64,000 nt of DNA, from positions 536,542 to 600,541 of the forward strand of contig MU008194.1 in the NCBI GenBank assembly GCA_010909165.1, in the 5' to 3' direction. Numbering within the stretch: position 1 is the first letter of the stretch; each line of letters opens with the position of its first letter. Below are positions 60,501 to 64,000 of this stretch, piece by piece. Under the pieces are notes generated by a model. It searched no databases, was not told the DNA's origin, and was given only the letters and a program-made list of their open reading frames with translations. Source of the stretch: Anthoceros angustus. Taxonomy: Eukaryota; Plantae; Anthocerotophyta. Position numbers and translations under genes: made by a program.

Positions 60501-63479
60501 TAGCGAGAAGGTATTGGGGCTCCGTGGGGACTTGGATGATGAATATATCCCTTCCTCAAGAGCTCCTCCACTTGGCGCGTGGCCTCCTCGATTTCTAGCG
60601 CGACATCACAGCACGGGCGATGCAGGCGGCCGCACAATATGAGTTCGATCGATGGTGACCTCCCTAGGCGGGGGCAATCACGCGGCGGTGTGTCGACCGA
60701 CACGTCCTTGAACTCATCCATTATGGCAACCAGTTTGGTATCTCCTCAGGCGACAAAAGGTCTCATCGCGTTGGACCTGACCTCTCCTTGATAACAATCA
60801 CGGTTTCTTTGAAGATCTTGGTCCCCTTGCAGCACACTCTAGTCTGCGGCGAAATTCTTGCTTGCCTCCTCTTCCTTCCGTGAGTTGTTCGCCCTCGTGC
60901 GGTGAGGCGCCTCCCCTAATCGCAAAGTTAACTCGTGATCGAGGCCACGTTATAAGCGGATTGTGGTCCTCTAACCAAGACATACCCAGGATATCATGCC
61001 TCGGCAAGATCGGTGATGGTGAAGCGGAGGCGCTCGCGGTGGCCCCCATCGTAAATTAACATAATTGCCTGGTGCTGATTGTATTGGCACGACAGCAGCC
61101 ATTGGCGGACTGCCCACACACAGGCGGTGGGTGTCCCAACCTCCCACCTTAGCAAAGTCCTAGACATAAAATTAGAACTAGCACCGAGTGAGTAAAATCG
61201 ACCAAAGTTCTTGTTTACTTGACCTCGGATGGTAAAAGTCGCGGACCCTAGGGCTATGGTCACCACTCCTCCTGAGGATGCCCCTCTGCTTTCTTTGGAA
61301 GCCTCGTTTTCGAGTCTTGCAATTCTTGATCTGGACATTATTGTTTTCTTGAGCGGGTCTCCCTCGCCCCGTCCTTCTTTGTTGGGCGGTGGTTGTCCAC
61401 CCGTCCCGACCACCTCGGCCTCGTCCGGTGTTGCGTGGGCAGTCTAGGTGCTCGGTGTCCCCATCCTTGGCAGTATAGCCTTGACCGAAAATGGTGTTCA
61501 GTTCCATTGGTGTCGCATTGTCACAGGCCCCTTAAGGGTTCTTGCTTATACCACCCTTTAAGCGGTGAAGCAGGCATCGGTTTGTTGGTGAAATATAATG
61601 CGTCCTCAAATGGCACCGTGCCATTACAAGCGTCCTTGCGGACGGCGGCTTCAAGCCTCGCGGCGATCTAGCATTTCGTCGTTGGTGATCCGGGATGCTT
61701 GGACGCGTCGAAACTCTTGTGTGTGATTTTCGTAAATGCGTTAGCGCGCCTAGCCAAATTTTCCCTTGCCATTTGTCTCCCCTCAAAGGTACAAATTCGG
61801 CTGCCATCTAGAAATCGGTGGTGGGGCTGTAATGTACCTTGGAGGCCTCCATCTGCATCCACCACAATAGTCCGTGTCTTTGAAAAAATGTGGCGCGATG
61901 GTAACATCTTTGTTGGGGATTGGCGCCACATAACTCCAGATATGCTCGGGTCCTATGGCTCCGGAGGTCAAAAGGCGGTGGCGTCTCACATGTCCAGCGT
62001 CGGGGGCGTGCTACTGCCTCCCTAGGTGGTAAACTCCGTGAGCATTGACTCAAGCACAGCCACCCTCGCGTTGCTCTCGGCGTCTTCTGCTCGGAAATCG
62101 CGGTTGTGAGTGTCGGCAAGCTAGCCAGCGCCATGTGTGGCATCCGGCCTTTGGTTGCTCCCCATGCCTTGATGAACAGCGCTCAACTTGCGACTTCAGC
62201 GCGCCACTCGGCTGCCTCCTTGGCGCCGCGCACAACTGATCGATAATCCAGCGGCGAGGCCACAGATCTTCCCAAGCTAAGGCACTGATTACCGATGCAG
62301 TGCAATCCGTGTGATTGGCGATCGTCGTTCTACCCACGACCTCCCGATCCACGCGTCCGTGATGACGCCCGGCTTCTCGGACTAACCCTCCGAGCTTTGT
62401 GTACGGCACCCACTTTGAGATGTGCACCACCCATAACCGCACTGTCGCAATTTAGTCGATTCCCCACGGCCGGGTATTCGACTTCACTCTCGATTGGACT
62501 GTCGTTTAGTGGCGAGGTTCGTAAGTGGTCGATCCTCGCCGCACCGGTGATCACCTCTGCGCGTGACTGAAATTTCGAGTCCATGGTGGCTACGCTGCAT
62601 GCACCGATGGAGCGTGCCACCATGATTACATGCACCATGACTTCCGGTGGTGCAGTCAGTTCCCCTTCAGGGTATTGCATTCTTCACGGCCTTGGCGGTA
62701 TGGCCAGTGACTTCACTACCTAATCACAACTCCACACGGTATCTTAGTGGAGGCACCGCCAAACCACGAGGCTGGCGAGAACCGCCTCACGCAATCCACA
62801 GGCTGTCGCTCCGGCCGATTAGCATCCGGCCTCACACTTTACGGCTGAGCAAAACCCTCGGCGGAGGCACCACAAGGCCGTGGCACAGGAACAGCCTCCA
62901 CAGAGCCCTGAGGGCTGTCGCTTCAGCCGGGATTTCGACTCAATTTACACACAATAGTCTTTGCCAGCAATCTTGGTGCAGTACCACAAGGCAGCGGTGG
63001 CACAGGAATCACCTTGCGGACACCACAGGCCCTCGCTGCGGCCGGGATTTCATGTCCAGCTTACACCAAGGTTAGTACATCATCGATGCATAAGGTCGCC
63101 CATGACCCTCAAGCCCAGCGAGTTGATCGCCTCTTATTCCTCGTTGCCTCCTCGGTGGGCAGTCGTTAGATCCTCGTCGCCTTGTGTGGCGGCGGCTCAT
63201 CCACCATACTGCGCAGTTGGGTGGTATAGAACCTGAGGGCCCCAGGTCACGCCCGTCGACCCACCGCCTCGCCTGCGGTGTGGGGATTAGCAAGTTATTC
63301 CATTGCAAGATGGTGGCGGAGTCTCCCACGAAATCCCATGTGGCCCCAAAGTACCTCATAAAACCTTCACAGCTGGCGAGACTCTCCTCGATCTCGCCGT
63401 GAGGCAAATCCGGGCCCCTTGCACAAAAAACAAAATCCTACCTAATTTCTAACCCCCCCAGGGAAGTCCGTAGTCCACA

Positions 63480-63716
63480 ACAAGATAGCTGAATCAATCA
63501 ACAGCTTTGCAGAGGTGTGGGCAAGAGTTGAAGCTGTGAAGCAAGAGAACCTCCAAAGTATTCATGAAGAGAGCAAGGTTGGAGAGCCTTCAAAACATGG
63601 AGAAAACAAGGCTAGAGTAGAGCATGAAGGTTGTTGAACTCCAACAATTCACGCAAATAGAGCTGGCCAAGCTCTTGGTACAAGCATCCAAGCGCCCAAG
63701 GCAGGAGGAGGAGTGA
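63480..63716 (+). pseudogene. Trihelix/Myb-SANT-like C-terminal coiled-coil fragment (ASIL-like or Harbinger ORF1-like)
   Basis: 'IAESINSFAEVWARVEAVKQENL ... MEKTRLE..MKVVELQQFTQIELAKLL' across a frameshift. Confidence 0.45.
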
Positions 63717-64000
63717 TACATCAAGGGGTTCCAGCACTTGTCATAGCTTATGGTTTGTGCTAGCTATAATATTGTAAGGTTTCACCATAACTCCAAGTGC
63801 CATTCGGTCCCAAAATACGACTCACCTCGAAAAGAGCTACATACCATTAGAATCGCTCATTGATCTCTACAAGTTATGTTTTCACTTTTCATTTGAATGA
63901 AAGATGACCTTTGCCTCCAAAATTGCACTTCGAGATAGTTTCTTAAGTTTTGAGTAGACCTTCAAGTGCCATTCGGTCCCAACGCACGATTAATCTCAAA

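Larger units (their letters stand above)
50116..62300 (-). mobile_element. Ty3/gypsy chromovirus (gag-PR-RT-RH-INT-chromo), degenerate, split by the nested copia
   Basis: gag about 62200-61270, protease 'GASSNFMSR' about 61180, RT 'MCIDYR..TKKN.LPLPRIDELI', integrase 'PWDQVTMDFIVGLP'. 'FFGPY|QIIHEVAAYEL' is rejoined across the insertion. PPT and LTR start (minus TGTCCCGAC at 50479) resemble the 29710-29750 junction. Outer boundaries approximate. Confidence 0.85.

Overview
Eukaryotic nuclear DNA, most likely from a non-seed land plant (inferred from short GT-AG introns, a WAK/LRK10L-type receptor kinase, phytocyanins and a TORNADO1-like LRR). The assembly is indel-rich, as in error-prone long reads. 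Most of the window is nested, degenerate transposons around a small gene island. The main signal is at 4.0-15.8 kb, where retroelement pieces carry chromatin-modifying domains: (i) a Ty3/gypsy-like gag-protease followed directly by a C5 cytosine methyltransferase N-terminus; (ii) an integrase C-terminus ending in a PHD finger; (iii) about 150 bp later, a long ORF with a ParB/Srx-like domain and, in the adjacent rearranged segment, a beta-class N6A/N4C DNA methyltransferase. That ORF is split by a Ty1/copia element with non-canonical TA...TA LTR ends, a perfect GAGGG target-site duplication and a spliced antisense extra gene. The gene island holds an apparently intact 7-exon receptor kinase with a copper-ligand-less phytocyanin ectodomain and a proline-rich stalk, next to a stand-alone phytocyanin. 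Also present: two LINE remnants, chromoviral gypsy remnants, a gag-protease-only copia nested in a chromovirus, a Sola-like transposase, a MULE-like remnant, and six tandem duplications of 0.6-1.65 kb that may be assembly artefacts. All family assignments come from motif recognition by eye; no database searches were run.
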